A DNA stretch of 64,000 bases from an uncultured Verrucomicrobiae bacterium (GCA_963746345.1 CAVVAN010000002.1:213202-277201), one strand, 5' to 3'. Positions 28,901-38,333 are shown, numbered from the stretch's first letter. Notes: a model not told the origin generated them from the sequence alone. Translations and numbers: made by a program.

Positions 28901-28949
28901 AATACGATTCCGCACCCGCCCGATTCTTCTGTGGTATGCCGCTAAACAT
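25935..28949 (-). CDS. MOBF (TrwC/TraI-type) conjugative relaxase-helicase
   Basis: 1004 aa intact. The N-terminus is collinear with the TrwC relaxase (SPPKSVS, HTTSRSLDPQLHTHFVLFN). Also has a GLAGSGKST Walker A and a C-terminal helicase region. Confidence 0.9.
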   Translation of the reverse strand: MFSGIPQKNRAGAESYFDEHFSHNDYYTQNETQHGQWLGIGAERLGLKTGGVVTRDTFLRLCDNQHPLTGEQLTPQHFRERRIYFDFVCSPPKSVSILAVTMNDRRIIQAHKEASMMAMRELESFAASRVRKGGIQEQDRVTGNLVGAAFLHTTSRSLDPQLHTHFVLFNATWDKKEGRWKALQTGDMFGAINYGTAVYRNELAKRLHQIGYVTRRTGSAFEIEGVDAKLIERFSKRSQQRDMAVKRQETKLGRKLTKKEVAHVVHQSRPKKLKGVSDEQVRDQQLGEIGFFEKRVLRQVVAAADGKPKAFAQYVRPDDALAHGLGHVFERRSVAPQHKILEAALAKGCGQLDLGRLKDNLAADDKLVRVGSEFSTREILTKELSLIRTVNAGIDAVKPITHRYEPPDRLGPDQRKALAHILTSPDQFTGFRGLAGSGKSTALVELATALCHGGYDAYFCAPTASAAATLRNEVSYLGKTMTLQKLLADPEVHRQLSPGAVVVLDEAGAVGLDDMARLFEIVRRNNCRVVLSGDTGQHSSVQRGDALRIIEQYSSYRFSELTTIRRQKPAAFREIVELAAAKQTDKAFAKLVELGAVTEVLADGHHTDNGQLYQRAADAYVSATKQGKSALLVSPTWAEIEAVTEKVRESLRDDHQLAPDDQTFPVFDSLSWTVAQKKNASQFEPGQRLRFIRRTKKFEHGETVEVVAVAETGLCVRRSDGTEVDFIPSTSAASFDVGESRELKVAAGDWLLLQANHGKEFINGERVQVKAVQDGRIALADGRTLPVGFNTFTHGYAVTSHSSQGKTVDEVLLVASSKSFPAVNREQFYVSISRGRERVHVFTDDSELLARRVTDSHERKAAIELQALRDNLAKLGFTRKSETPVSPAVAIHNDFRTVRPMRSVAAGREDRPQRHTRLSPVQLLAKVVKDFRRWVLVQGQPVKMEQPTPAEAGKQAAKVEPTENAKQAAKQAEMISPVANRMPQVRPNIKLNVPPPRHSRGIGH

Positions 28950-28973
28950 AAATCACCACGTTACGCAAAAATC

Positions 28974-29017
28974 CGCCAACAGGTTGTGATGAATTCGTCA
29001 CAACCTGCCATTCCAGT
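28974..29017 (-). repeat. oriT-like hairpin unit 1 (inverted orientation)
   Basis: CAGGTTGTGATGAATTCGTCACAACCTG near-palindrome plus a GGCGGATTTTTGCG flank. Lies 40 nt upstream of the relaxase start. Confidence 0.5.
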
Positions 29018-29338
29018 TTCACCTAGAATTCCCGTCATCATGGTTGAAACGATAGCACCAAGTTCAAAGCGGATTGCACCCCACGGAGCGCAAACGTCAA
29101 CCATGCCTATGATACGGTTTGGGCGAAGTGAAATGCCGTATAAATCAAAACATCGGATGCCATTGGTGAATGAAATGAATGGGCGGTTTCTGACAGTGGA
29201 AACCAGATTATCTGCCATGACACTTACCCCGCCTCGCGCCGTGGAGCGCGCTGCCGGAAGCCGGCTCGCTGGACTGCTCGCCGCCAAGCCTGCCGGAAGA
29301 ACAGCCGTTGAGCCAATGAAAGGAACAGGAAAAACATT

Positions 29339-29749
29339 ATGAGCAAACGCATTGATTACGAACAGATCGCCGCAAAGTTGGATTATCCGACGCTGGATAA
29401 AAAACTGGAACAACTGGCGCAACACGAGCCGCCGAAAAACCGGAAGACCGCCATTGATTTGTTGGAGCCGTTACGCGAGCGGCTGCTGGCCTTGCAGCGC
29501 AAGGGCTGGAGCAGCAAACAACTGGTGGACGAATTAAAAGCCGCCGGAGTGCCGGTCAATCCGGCACGCTTGCGCGAATGCCTGAACCACTGGACGAAAG
29601 GCGGCAAGGCAGCCGCCAAGCGGCATGGAGCCAAGCGCGACAAACGCGCTGCCGCGCCAACCACGCCACCGGCGGCGGCAAATGCTGGTGGACGGAGCAA
29701 AAGTGCATCCGGCGACGGCCAGCCGAAACTTGGACTGGCGCAATACTGA
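29339..29749 (+). CDS. hypothetical basic protein, candidate relaxosome/DNA-binding accessory
   Basis: 136 aa, divergent from the relaxase, with a Lys/Ala/Arg-rich tail. No family recognised. Confidence 0.4.
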   Translation: MSKRIDYEQIAAKLDYPTLDKKLEQLAQHEPPKNRKTAIDLLEPLRERLLALQRKGWSSKQLVDELKAAGVPVNPARLRECLNHWTKGGKAAAKRHGAKRDKRAAAPTTPPAAANAGGRSKSASGDGQPKLGLAQY

Positions 29750-30588
29750 CGATGGGTTGAACACAGTTGCGTTGAAATCCTGACGGCGGTGCGAGTCGCA
29801 CTTCCCACCAATGGACGCTCGCAGGCCCGTTACTGGCATGGGGCGTTGCGACATCGGCAAGCCTCATGCCAGCAACCCGCCTGTTTCGCTTCATCCAAAA
29901 TCAGCCGGTTCGTGACGCCGACCGTCCCGCCGACCGGAGCGGACGTGAACGAATTTTATTGGGTGTCCGCTCCGAACGTCGTGCCGTTCGTCATCACCAA
30001 CCGGACAGGAAAACGTAATCGCGCCGGTCGTGTGCCGGTGGTTTGTTCGTTCCTTGCCGCGTGCCACGGTCACAGGTTGTCCGCCAAAAGCAAAGGCGGC
30101 TTTTAGGGTGGCGTCACTGGTTTGGCGGAAGGGTGTCCGAACCTTTGTTGCCGCCTCGCGCGGTCGAGCGTCGCTGTCCTGCTTATTGGGCGCTCTGGCT
30201 GCCGCGCCGGGCAGCATGGCGATGCTCCGCGCATCGCCTGCCGGTTTTCCGTCCCGCAAGTTTCGTGGTTCGTGGTGCGTTGCCCTGCCGCTTCATTTTT
30301 TGTTGAACGCCTGCTCCATCGTCCTGTCAAACCTTCACCTATCATAGGTCAGGTTTTTTGCCTGCAAAGCGAAAGCGCCCCTCAATTGAGGCTTCCTTGG
30401 TGAGAGTTTGACCGCCGGTCTGCGGTCGGCTCGATGACCCCACAAAAAATACTTCCCCAGGTGCGGACTGTTTCCGCCTTGGGGAAATCTGTCGAAACGC
30501 ACTTTTGTTCCGGCCTTTGGCCACATTGTGCGTTCCGAGATCGGCACAGGTGAAACCATGAAGCATCGCGGCAAACACCCAAGCGCGA

Positions 30589-30629
30589 GTTGTTATGAAA
30601 TCATAACAACCCGCCAAACACATTTGCGA
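30589..30629 (+). repeat. oriT-like hairpin unit 2
   Basis: GTTGTTATGAAATCATAACAAC perfect dyad plus a ..CATTTGCGA flank. Confidence 0.45.
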
Positions 30630-31024
30630 CCAAACCGGAGGAATGAGCGCGGCCAAGCCGGACTTGACCGGCTGGCTGACTGGTCAGTGAGCCATACATC
30701 TTGTGTAACCTGTTACACACGCTTCATCCCTTCCGTATGCTATAAACGTGCCGGTGAAAAATCGCGGCCAGAAAGCTGTGCGATTTCCGCACTGGCCGAT
30801 GACGGATTTGCGCTAAAACCGGAGAAACGAATATGGACAGGCTGACTTTTAACCGGCGATCCGTCCTCACGCTACGGCGACCATTTCGCGCGTTCATGGG
30901 TTGCTTGGAGACAGCCCGCGACCCTCGCAATTGGCATGGGAAATTTTGTTTCATTGTGAAACAAAATTCGCTCCGGTTTTTGCTAAAAACTAATCCTGAA
31001 AATCGGGCAGATGCCGGGGCAAAA

Positions 31025-31065
31025 GTTGTAATGAATTCATTACAACCTGTCCGGCGGATTTGCGG
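31025..31065 (+). repeat. oriT-like hairpin unit 3
   Basis: GTTGTAATGAATTCATTACAAC perfect 22-nt palindrome plus CTGTCCGGCGGATTTGCGG. Homologous to the reverse complement of unit 1. Confidence 0.5.
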
Positions 31066-31140
31066 TAAAAACAGAAACTGCACTTTGTTCATATAGCGAA
31101 CAACGCAGAACAAATTGCATGAGATTTTGACTCGGTTGCA

Positions 31141-31443
31141 ATGAAGAAGCTGAATTTGATTGGACTACAGGTCAACAAACTGCGCCAGCGCAACGGCTGG
31201 TCGCAGGAGAAATTTGCCGTCAAATTACAGATCGCCGGCTGGCACAACGCCACCCGCAGCACCGTTTCCAAAATCGAAGGCGGCTCGACGGGCATCGCCG
31301 AATACGATCTGCTGTTCATTGCCGCCGCGCTGCGCGTCCAACTTGCCCACTTGTATCCTGAAATTGATTGGAAACGCCCAATGGATGAAACCGTCCACCG
31401 ATTCATCCCCCAGGAACTGCACGGCCTCGAACCCGAATCTTGA
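31141..31443 (+). CDS. XRE-family HTH transcriptional regulator
   Basis: LRQRNGWSQEKFAVKLQIAG...STVSKIEGG. Confidence 0.7.
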   Translation: MKKLNLIGLQVNKLRQRNGWSQEKFAVKLQIAGWHNATRSTVSKIEGGSTGIAEYDLLFIAAALRVQLAHLYPEIDWKRPMDETVHRFIPQELHGLEPES

Positions 31444-31459
31444 CCAAAAGGAGAGTATT

Positions 31460-31672
31460 ATGGAAACCATCCCAAAAACCGAAGAAGAACCCAAACCAAC
31501 GCCACCCGAACGGCTGGCGTATTCGATTCAAGAAGCCGCCGACATGCTCGGCGTCAATTATTTCAGCGTTTACCGGCTCATCCAGCGTGGCAAACTCAAA
31601 GTGTGCCGGGCGCTGCGCGGCAAACTGCTCGTCCCGCGCACCGAACTGTTGAAGCTGCTGGCAACCGAATGA
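31460..31672 (+). CDS. xis: excisionase-type (HTH_17/MerR-like) DNA-binding protein
   Basis: AAAGGAG RBS, then METIPK...YSIQEAADMLGVNYFSVYRLIQRGKLKV. Confidence 0.65.
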   Translation: METIPKTEEEPKPTPPERLAYSIQEAADMLGVNYFSVYRLIQRGKLKVCRALRGKLLVPRTELLKLLATE

Positions 31673-31679
31673 GGCATCT

Positions 31680-32264
31680 ATGAGCAATCCATTTGAACAC
31701 CGTCGCCCGACCGAACTGGAGGACAAGGCCCACGCCGAGGCTGTCCGACACTTTGCCGATCATCTGAAACAGTTTCCCGCCAGCCGCGAAGCGGTTGAAC
31801 GGCTGGAGCGGGACACTGCCAAAATCGCTTTGGCAGCGAACATGACCGCATCCAAGCCGACGCCCAAAGAGAACGTCATTCAGGCCGACGACGGCGCGCA
31901 GTGGCACAAGGGCGTTGATCTCATGGAAAACATCCATCTCTGCCACCGGCCAATCTCCTACGGGGCGGAATATGCGGTGGTGGAGCATTCCCCGGCAAGC
32001 GGCTCAAATGAAATTTTGAACCGGGGCTGGAACGCCACCGAGGTCGTGAAGGAGTTCGCGCAGCGGCAACGGCAGGCGTTGCAGCTTTGGACGGAGGACA
32101 TGACCGCGCAGGTGAAGGAATTTCTGGCGGAGAAATTTCCCGGCCAGGACTTGAGCCGAGTCGCTGACGCATTCATCCACAAATGCACGACGCAGGTTGT
32201 CTCCCAAAAGCACACTCTCACTCACGGCCACGAGCAAAATCACAGTCGGGGCGTGAGAGTTTGA
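31680..32264 (+). CDS. hypothetical protein
   Basis: 194 aa ORF, 8 nt after xis. No family recognised. Confidence 0.45.
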   Translation: MSNPFEHRRPTELEDKAHAEAVRHFADHLKQFPASREAVERLERDTAKIALAANMTASKPTPKENVIQADDGAQWHKGVDLMENIHLCHRPISYGAEYAVVEHSPASGSNEILNRGWNATEVVKEFAQRQRQALQLWTEDMTAQVKEFLAEKFPGQDLSRVADAFIHKCTTQVVSQKHTLTHGHEQNHSRGVRV

Positions 32265-32276
32265 TCCACATGGCAT

Positions 32277-32495
32277 TTACAACGGCCAAATGATTGATGC
32301 GGTGCCGCCGCTTTTCTTGCCGCCCTTTACCATGCCTTTAGACTTGCCGCAGGAGGGACATTTTCTTTCGCCACCGTGAATTTGTTCGCTGACGATGAAG
32401 ACCTTCCCGCAGCCGGGTTCGGGACACGCAAAGGCGATGTTGTTACCTTCCCAATCTTCGGTTTGAGCAGCAGGATTTAGTTCTCTTGTGTTCAA
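32277..32495 (-). CDS. zinc-ribbon small protein
   Basis: 72 aa with CPEPGC...CPSC pairs. Confidence 0.45.
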   Translation of the reverse strand: MNTRELNPAAQTEDWEGNNIAFACPEPGCGKVFIVSEQIHGGERKCPSCGKSKGMVKGGKKSGGTASIIWPL

Positions 32496-32517
32496 GTTGA
32501 ATTGTAGAGGCGAATTT

Positions 32518-32542
32518 TTCTATACTGCTGTTCTATACTATA
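32518..32542 (+). repeat. tandem TTCTATACT repeats, right copy
   Basis: TTCTATACTGCTGTTCTATACTATA, 124 nt inside attR. Confidence 0.6.
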
Positions 32543-32666
32543 TGCACTTTTTGCAGCCAAACGCGACCAAGCATAGCAAAAGCTGAAATGAATAAAACCA
32601 TTGTGGACATTGAGCGAATCAGTGTTTGCACCCTGGAGCTAAACATAGCAAAAAGTGGGTTTTACA

Positions 32667-32707
32667 ATTTCGAGTCAGGTGCCTTTAACCACTCAGCCAC
32701 CCTTCCG
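32667..32707. repeat. att repeat, right copy (orphan tRNA-Ser 5' half)
   Basis: 41/41 identical to 11557-11597. No 3' half follows it. Confidence 0.9.
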
Positions 32708-32879
32708 ACTCTTCACTTGCATCCACCCACAAGCTCGACGCTCCGTTGAGATAAATTAACGCACGTTTTTTGGCGACGGGCAAGCTGATTCAAAAATTAT
32801 CAAGCCGATTGATTAACTGGTAGTGGCCTCTTTTGAAATCTAATTTTTCTCTGCCGATTGTCCATGCGATAATCGGTGG

Positions 32880-32999
32880 ATGAGAAACAAAAGAAAATAC
32901 CCGTCGCGAGATCAGAATCAACGAGCTTACGACGTGGTTCAACGTGTAATCAAACTAACAGAAAAGCCCCGGCCTAAAAAGCCGAGGCAGAAAAATTAA
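32880..32999 (+). CDS. candidate small basic protein (39 aa)
   Basis: MRNKRKYPSRDQNQRAYDVVQRVIKLTEKPRPKKPRQKN, followed by a terminator. Speculative. Confidence 0.25.
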   Translation: MRNKRKYPSRDQNQRAYDVVQRVIKLTEKPRPKKPRQKN

Positions 33000-33010
33000 C
33001 AACAAATCCA

Positions 33011-33036
33011 CCCGCTGTTAAATGCGGGTTTTTATT
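33011..33036 (+). terminator. rho-independent terminator
   Basis: CCCGC-tgttaaat-GCGGG followed by TTTTTATTTT. Confidence 0.6.
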
Positions 33037-33062
33037 TTATTATTTTATGGCTTCAAAAAAAA

Positions 33063-33401
33063 TCAAACAGCGCGCGAAAATCCAACCGGCTTCTGCCAGT
33101 CACCTTGAGCCACAAGCAAAACAGCACCATGAGGTATCATTAGTCTCGCAACGGATTTTGGATGGTGTTCGATTGGAAATGGAATCTTCACACAAAGATA
33201 TTGGCCGTCGCAGGATTCAAATTCGCAATGCAAAGTCAATATCGCGCCGTCATCAAGAAGCGTCATTGAGCCGTTGCTTTTCTTTAGCTGTTTTAATATC
33301 GAAGAAGTTAAATCTTTTGATGCAAGAGATAAAACGGTGTTCAGCTTCAGGGGGTTCGGCTTCATAATCGGTTTTGTTTGGTGGTTATCGGTTGACTGCA
33401 A
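33063..33401 (-). CDS. hypothetical protein
   Basis: 112 aa. Preferred over the overlapping plus-strand ORF on composition. An internal start MKPNPLKL is possible. Confidence 0.35.
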   Translation of the reverse strand: MQSTDNHQTKPIMKPNPLKLNTVLSLASKDLTSSILKQLKKSNGSMTLLDDGAILTLHCEFESCDGQYLCVKIPFPIEHHPKSVARLMIPHGAVLLVAQGDWQKPVGFSRAV

Positions 33402-33439
33402 TTGCCGCCGGACTCGTGGTGGGGTTCGGCGGCAAAATC

Positions 33440-33784
33440 TTAATGAGACAAAAGCTTAGTCTTAATATCGGACGTGTCGCTTAACACATTCGAGAATCCA
33501 TCAAGAGTCATCTTGCCTTGCAGTTGCTGCATTTCGGCTAATTCGCTGATTTCGGAATGAACATTCTTTAGGCTGACGATGGTATTGGAGAAATAAAATT
33601 GCGACATGCCATTCATGTCGTTGAGGCTTGGTAAAACAGAAAGCCTGTCTGAAATCGCCGCCTGATTGCTGATAACCATGTCCAACTTCTGCGACAGAGC
33701 ATCAATCTTAGCGCTATCAGTGTTCGTTTTATTGCAGCCGCAAAAAATCGCGGCACAAGTCAGTAGGGTGAGAATTTTCTTCAT
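33440..33784 (-). CDS. hypothetical lipoprotein
   Basis: MKKILTLLTCAAIFCGC lipobox. Confidence 0.5.
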   Translation of the reverse strand: MKKILTLLTCAAIFCGCNKTNTDSAKIDALSQKLDMVISNQAAISDRLSVLPSLNDMNGMSQFYFSNTIVSLKNVHSEISELAEMQQLQGKMTLDGFSNVLSDTSDIKTKLLSH

Positions 33785-33919
33785 AATCCAAATAGGTGAA
33801 TAGGTTTGCCAGAGACAAGCCGTAGAAAACACGTTGGAGCAATGAGGTCAACACACTTTTCCGTCTAGTTACTAACCCACAATTCACAACCTCAATAAAC
33901 CTATTGATTTAACTGGTAA

Positions 33920-34744
33920 ATGAACCGATTAAGCACAGATGAGCGCGCCCGAATCATTTCCTGCCTGATTGAAGGCTGTTCGCTTCGGGCAACTGTCAGG
34001 CTGACTGGATTTTCCAGAAAAGGCGTCTCGCGCATCATGGCCGATGTCGGTGAGGCGTGCGCCAAATATCACGACAAGGTGATGGTCAGGTTGCCATGTA
34101 AAACCATCCAAGTGGACGAAGTGTGGAGCTTCACATACTGCAAACAGGCCAATATCCCGGAACAGTTCAAGGACATGCACGGCATCGGCGACACTTGGAC
34201 ATGGATTGCCATTGATGCGGATACGAAGCTCGTTCCCTGCTGGTATTCTGGCGACCGTAGCGCGGCCAGTGCCGCACGCTTCATCCACGATCTCAAGAAT
34301 CGCATGGCAAATCGCGTTCAACTGACCAGCGACGGATACCGGCCATATCGTGAAGCCGTTGAAGATGCGTTTGGCGCGGACGTTGACTACGCGATGCTGA
34401 TAAAACTCTACGGAAAACAGGAGCGGTTTGATTCACGCTATTCTCCGCCAGTTTGCATCGGAGTTCGGAGACGTAAAATAACCGGCAAGCCGGTTCGTGC
34501 GCTCATTTCAACTTCATTCGTCGAGCGCCAGAACATGACTTTAAGAATGCATAACCGCAGGTTCACGCGACTCACCAACGCTTTCAGCAAGAAGTTGGAG
34601 AACCACAGACATTCGCTGGCGTTGCACTTCATGCACTATAATTTTTGTCGGATTCATCAAACCTTGCGCGTGACGCCAGCGATGGAAGCGGGTCTGACAG
34701 ACCACGTTTGGGACAACGAGGAAATTGCGGCGTTACCATCCTAA
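33920..34744 (+). CDS. IS1-family transposase (single-ORF type)
   Basis: N-terminal HTH, then QVDEVWSF, LTSDGYRPY and VERQNMTLRMHNRRFTRLTNAFSKK. This is the IS1 InsB-like D, D, E-R-x-N pattern. Confidence 0.8.
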   Translation: MNRLSTDERARIISCLIEGCSLRATVRLTGFSRKGVSRIMADVGEACAKYHDKVMVRLPCKTIQVDEVWSFTYCKQANIPEQFKDMHGIGDTWTWIAIDADTKLVPCWYSGDRSAASAARFIHDLKNRMANRVQLTSDGYRPYREAVEDAFGADVDYAMLIKLYGKQERFDSRYSPPVCIGVRRRKITGKPVRALISTSFVERQNMTLRMHNRRFTRLTNAFSKKLENHRHSLALHFMHYNFCRIHQTLRVTPAMEAGLTDHVWDNEEIAALPS

Positions 34745-34765
34745 AACGCACAGATGATTGTGGAA

Positions 34766-35134
34766 TTACAGCTTGATGGATGACTGCGTGGAATGTTTAA
34801 TGTTTTCATGCCTAATCCCGACAACGACGAGCAAGCGATTAAAACCACGAAGCACTTTCAAGAGATACTTGTGAATGGTGGTTTGGTGAGTCGCACTGTT
34901 TTTAATGAGTCCGCCATGAAAATGAAGTTTGAGTGGACGCCGGACGGCCTTCGATTTAGGGAGGTTATTTTGAAGGCGTATGATTCGATAGCCAAAACCG
35001 AGGGGGAAAACACTTTGCGCGAGTTCTGCGGACTGGTTGCCTTTATCATCATGCGAGAACGCTAACGCCATTTTCTCACCAATGCGCATTGCTTTAACTG
35101 CATCGCTAACAGAACATTCTTCAACTAATTTCAT
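34766..35134 (-). CDS. hypothetical protein
   Basis: 122 aa ORF inside the IS-bounded element. Confidence 0.3.
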   Translation of the reverse strand: MKLVEECSVSDAVKAMRIGEKMALAFSHDDKGNQSAELAQSVFPLGFGYRIIRLQNNLPKSKAVRRPLKLHFHGGLIKNSATHQTTIHKYLLKVLRGFNRLLVVVGIRHENIKHSTQSSIKL

Positions 35135-35349
35135 CTCAAATCATCCTATTCGGATACGATGATTCAAGTCAAGAAAATAATTTTGAAACCAAAAGAGGCC
35201 ACTACCGATTAACTGTCCCGCTTGACACAAGCCGGATGGTTGTTAAAACTTAACCGTCCGACGCTTGCGATGCGGAGAATCTGAAGCGGCGCAACAGAAA
35301 GTTGATTTCATCCGCCACCGTCTGTTCATGAATTCAAGTTTCCCCAGCC

Positions 35350-36217
35350 ATGAAGAAACGTAAAATTTTTATTGTCGTTTTAATTCTTGCCGCTGTTACC
35401 GCCGGCATTTATTTCGCCACCATGCGCCAGCCTGGCGAAATCATTTTAACTGGAATTGTCACGACGGATGAAGTCATCGTGAGTCCGGAAATTCAAGGCC
35501 GCTTGCAAAATCTTTTCATCCGCGAAGGCGATGCCGTCACGAACGGCCAGTTGCTTGCGGAAATTCAGCCGCAAACGCAGCAGGCCGACGTGGCAATTTT
35601 ACGCCAGCAGCGAACAACAAGCCGCTGCATCGGTCGCGCAGGCCAAGGCCGATTTGGAAAATGCCCGGCTGAATTTCGAGCGCATCGGAAATCTTATATT
35701 CCAACAACGCGGAATCCGCGCAGGCTTACGACGCCGCGCGGACAACTTATGAATCCGCCAAGGCGCGCGTCGAATCGCTCGACAAACAAACACAAGCCGC
35801 GAACGCGCAAAAAGAAAAAGCCGCCGTGCAACTTGAGCTACACAAAAATTCTTGCGCCGACGAATGGCATCGTGGACACGCGCGCCGCGTTGCAGGGCGA
35901 AGTCGTCAATCCCGGCCAGGCCATCGTCACGCTCATCAATCAGGACGACCTTTGGGTGCGCGCGGACGTGGAGGAAACTTACATTGACCGCATCCATCTC
36001 GGCGACAAATTGCCGGTGCGCTTGCCGTCCGGCGCGACGCGCGAAGGGCACGGTTTTTTATCGCGGCGTGGACGCCGATTACGCGACGCAGCGCGACGTG
36101 AGCCGCACCAAGCGCGACATCAAAACTTTTGAAATCCGCCTGCGCTGCGACAATCGCGACCGCGGCCTGGCCGTGGGAATGACCGCCTACGTCACGATGC
36201 CGCTGAAAAATCCGTGA
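35350..36217 (+). CDS. HlyD-family membrane fusion protein (frameshifted in assembly)
   Basis: Reads across three frames: MKKRKIFIVVLIL..GIVTTDEVIVSPEIQGRL.., ..AQAKADLENARLNFER.., ..YTKILAPTNGIVD..VTLINQDDLWV.., ..GMTAYVTMPLK. Confidence 0.8.
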
Positions 36218-36220
36218 GCC

Positions 36221-37206
36221 ATGTTCGACGTCGAAGTTGAAAATCTGACCAAGCGCTTCGGCGATTTTGTCGCCGTGGACTCGCTGAATTTCACCGTCGA
36301 GCACGGCGAAATTTTTGGGCTGCTCGGGCCGAACGGCGCGGGCAAATCCACGTTGATCCGCATGTTGACGACGCTGGTGCCGCCGACTTCCGGCACGGCG
36401 CGCGTCAACGGCTTTGACATCGTCACGCGAAGCCGAATGACGTGCGCCAATCCATCGGCGTCATTCCGCAGGCGATGACGACCGACCTGGAATTGAGCGC
36501 GGTGGAAAACATGACGCATCTTCGCCAAACTTTACGGCATCCCGCGCGAAAAACGAAACCAAGATCATCCCGCAATTGCTCAAGGAAGTGGACCTGGAGC
36601 AATGGGCGGACAAGCCGGTGAAAATGTTTTCCGGCGGAATGCGGCGGCGGCTGGAAATCGCGCGCGGCCTGGTGCACGAGCCGAAGATTTTTTTCCTCGA
36701 CGAGCCGACCACCGGCCTGGACCCCGTTTCGCGCGTCGCCGTCTGGGAAATGCTCGCGCGGCTCAAACGCGAGCGCGACCTGACCATCCTCGTCACGACT
36801 CATTACATGGACGAGGCGGACAAATTGTGCGACCGCATCGCCATCGTTGACCACGGAAAACTGGTCGCGCTGGATTCGCCGCTGAAATTGAAAGCCTCCA
36901 TTCCCGGCAAAAATATTTTGGAAGTCAGTTTTTCCAACGCGCCGCAAAATTGGACGGAGACTTTGAAACACTTGCCGGAAGTGGCCGAGGTAAAAGCTGA
37001 GGAAAATATTTTTCGCATTTCCTCCAACAACGGCCCGCGCACGACGGTTGAATTGATTGGAAGCCGCGCGCAATGCAAATGTCACCGTCACTTCGCTTTC
37101 CGTCCAAAGCACGACGCTCGACGACGTTTTTGTGCATTACACCGGCCATCAATTGCGCGACACATCTGCAGGCACCGTCGGCGGCGGAAAGTCCGTTATT
37201 TCATGA
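36221..37206 (+). CDS. ABC transporter ATP-binding protein (frameshifted)
   Basis: [12 protein letters not shown] Walker [16 protein letters not shown] signature, [11 protein letters not shown] Walker B. The C-terminus was recovered in a third frame. Confidence 0.85.
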
Positions 37207-37219
37207 ATCGAAATTAAAT

Positions 37220-38333
37220 ATGCACCGAGTCTGGGCCATCATTGAACGCGACCTGCGCCGTTTCCGGCGCAGCCCGGTTTTGGTCATCGTCTCCATCATC
37301 ATGCCGCTGGTGCAACTGGTCGTGCTCGGCTATGCGTTTGGCGGAAAAATCAAGAATCTTGAAGTCGGCGTCGTGGACGAAGACCACGGCGTGCCGGCGA
37401 TCAAATTGCACGAAATGTTCCAGGCCGTCGCCGCCAACGCGAAAACGTTCACGCCCGTTTATTACAGCGACAAGGCGGCTGCGCATGCGCGATTTGCGCA
37501 ATGGCAAAATCAACGGCGTTCTGGACATTCCGCCGGAATTTTCGCGCAAAGTTCTGGCCGGGGCGAATCCGCGCATCGCGCTGGTCGAGGACAACACCGA
37601 TCAATTTTCCGCCTCCGCACTGGAAGGCACGTCTGAACGGAATGCTGCCGGCTTACAACCGCCGCCCGTCCAGCCGCGCACGACGGCGAATGCGACGCTG
37701 GCCGTCGTCGAAGTTTATCCTTACGTGCCTTACATCCAGTATTTGCTGCCGGGCATCATCGTGCTGGCGATTTTTGTCTCGGCGATGATCGGCGGCGGAA
37801 TCATTTTCATTGACGACAAGGCGCGCGGCTTGCACGAAGGCTATCTCGTCACGCCCATCCGGAAATTTGAATTGATCCTCGGCTTCACCCTCGCGGGCGC
37901 GGCCAAGGCGATCATCGCGGGAATTGTCCTGATCACGCTCGGCTCGATCATCGCGGGAATTCCCGACCCGCTGAATCCGTTGCGGATTGCAAGGATGTTC
38001 ATGCTGGTCGTCGCGACGGCGCTGGCGCTGATCAGCATGATGTTTTTGATCATGGTGCGCGTGAGCGATCCGCTGGTGCCGCGCGCGATTTTCGGGATGC
38101 TGAACACCGTTTTATATTTTCCCAGCGGCGCGGTTTATCCGACGCAATCGTTTCCGGCGTGGATGAAAGTGATCGCGGTCGTTGACCCGTTCACTTACGC
38201 GGTGCATGGATTCAAGCAACTCGTTTTGAAAAACACCGGCTTGATGGCCATCAGCGGCGATTTGCTTTTTCTTTTTGTTTTTACCGCGCTGGCGATGAGC
38301 GCGGCGACGCTTCTGTTTCGCCGGACACTGTGA
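37220..38333 (+). CDS. ABC-2 type transporter permease (frameshifted near 37480)
   Basis: MHRVWAIIERDLRRFRRSP.., then six TM segments in frame 37242-38333. Confidence 0.8.

Larger units (their letters stand above)
32819..35206. mobile_element. IS1-family element (2.39 kb) with passenger ORFs
   Basis: 17-bp perfect terminal inverted repeats GGTAGTGGCCTCTTTTG, flanked by the 8-bp direct repeat GATTAACT (32811-32818 and 35207-35214). Confidence 0.75.

Noticed and set aside
29750-31140. Several 80-130-aa overlapping ORFs on both strands (for example 29789-30106, 29891-30259, 30342-30656, 30724-31113).
   Set aside because: They mutually overlap, have no start context and no recognisable motifs. 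I treat the region as non-coding and oriT-associated pending polishing, since a frameshift-masked gene cannot be fully excluded.
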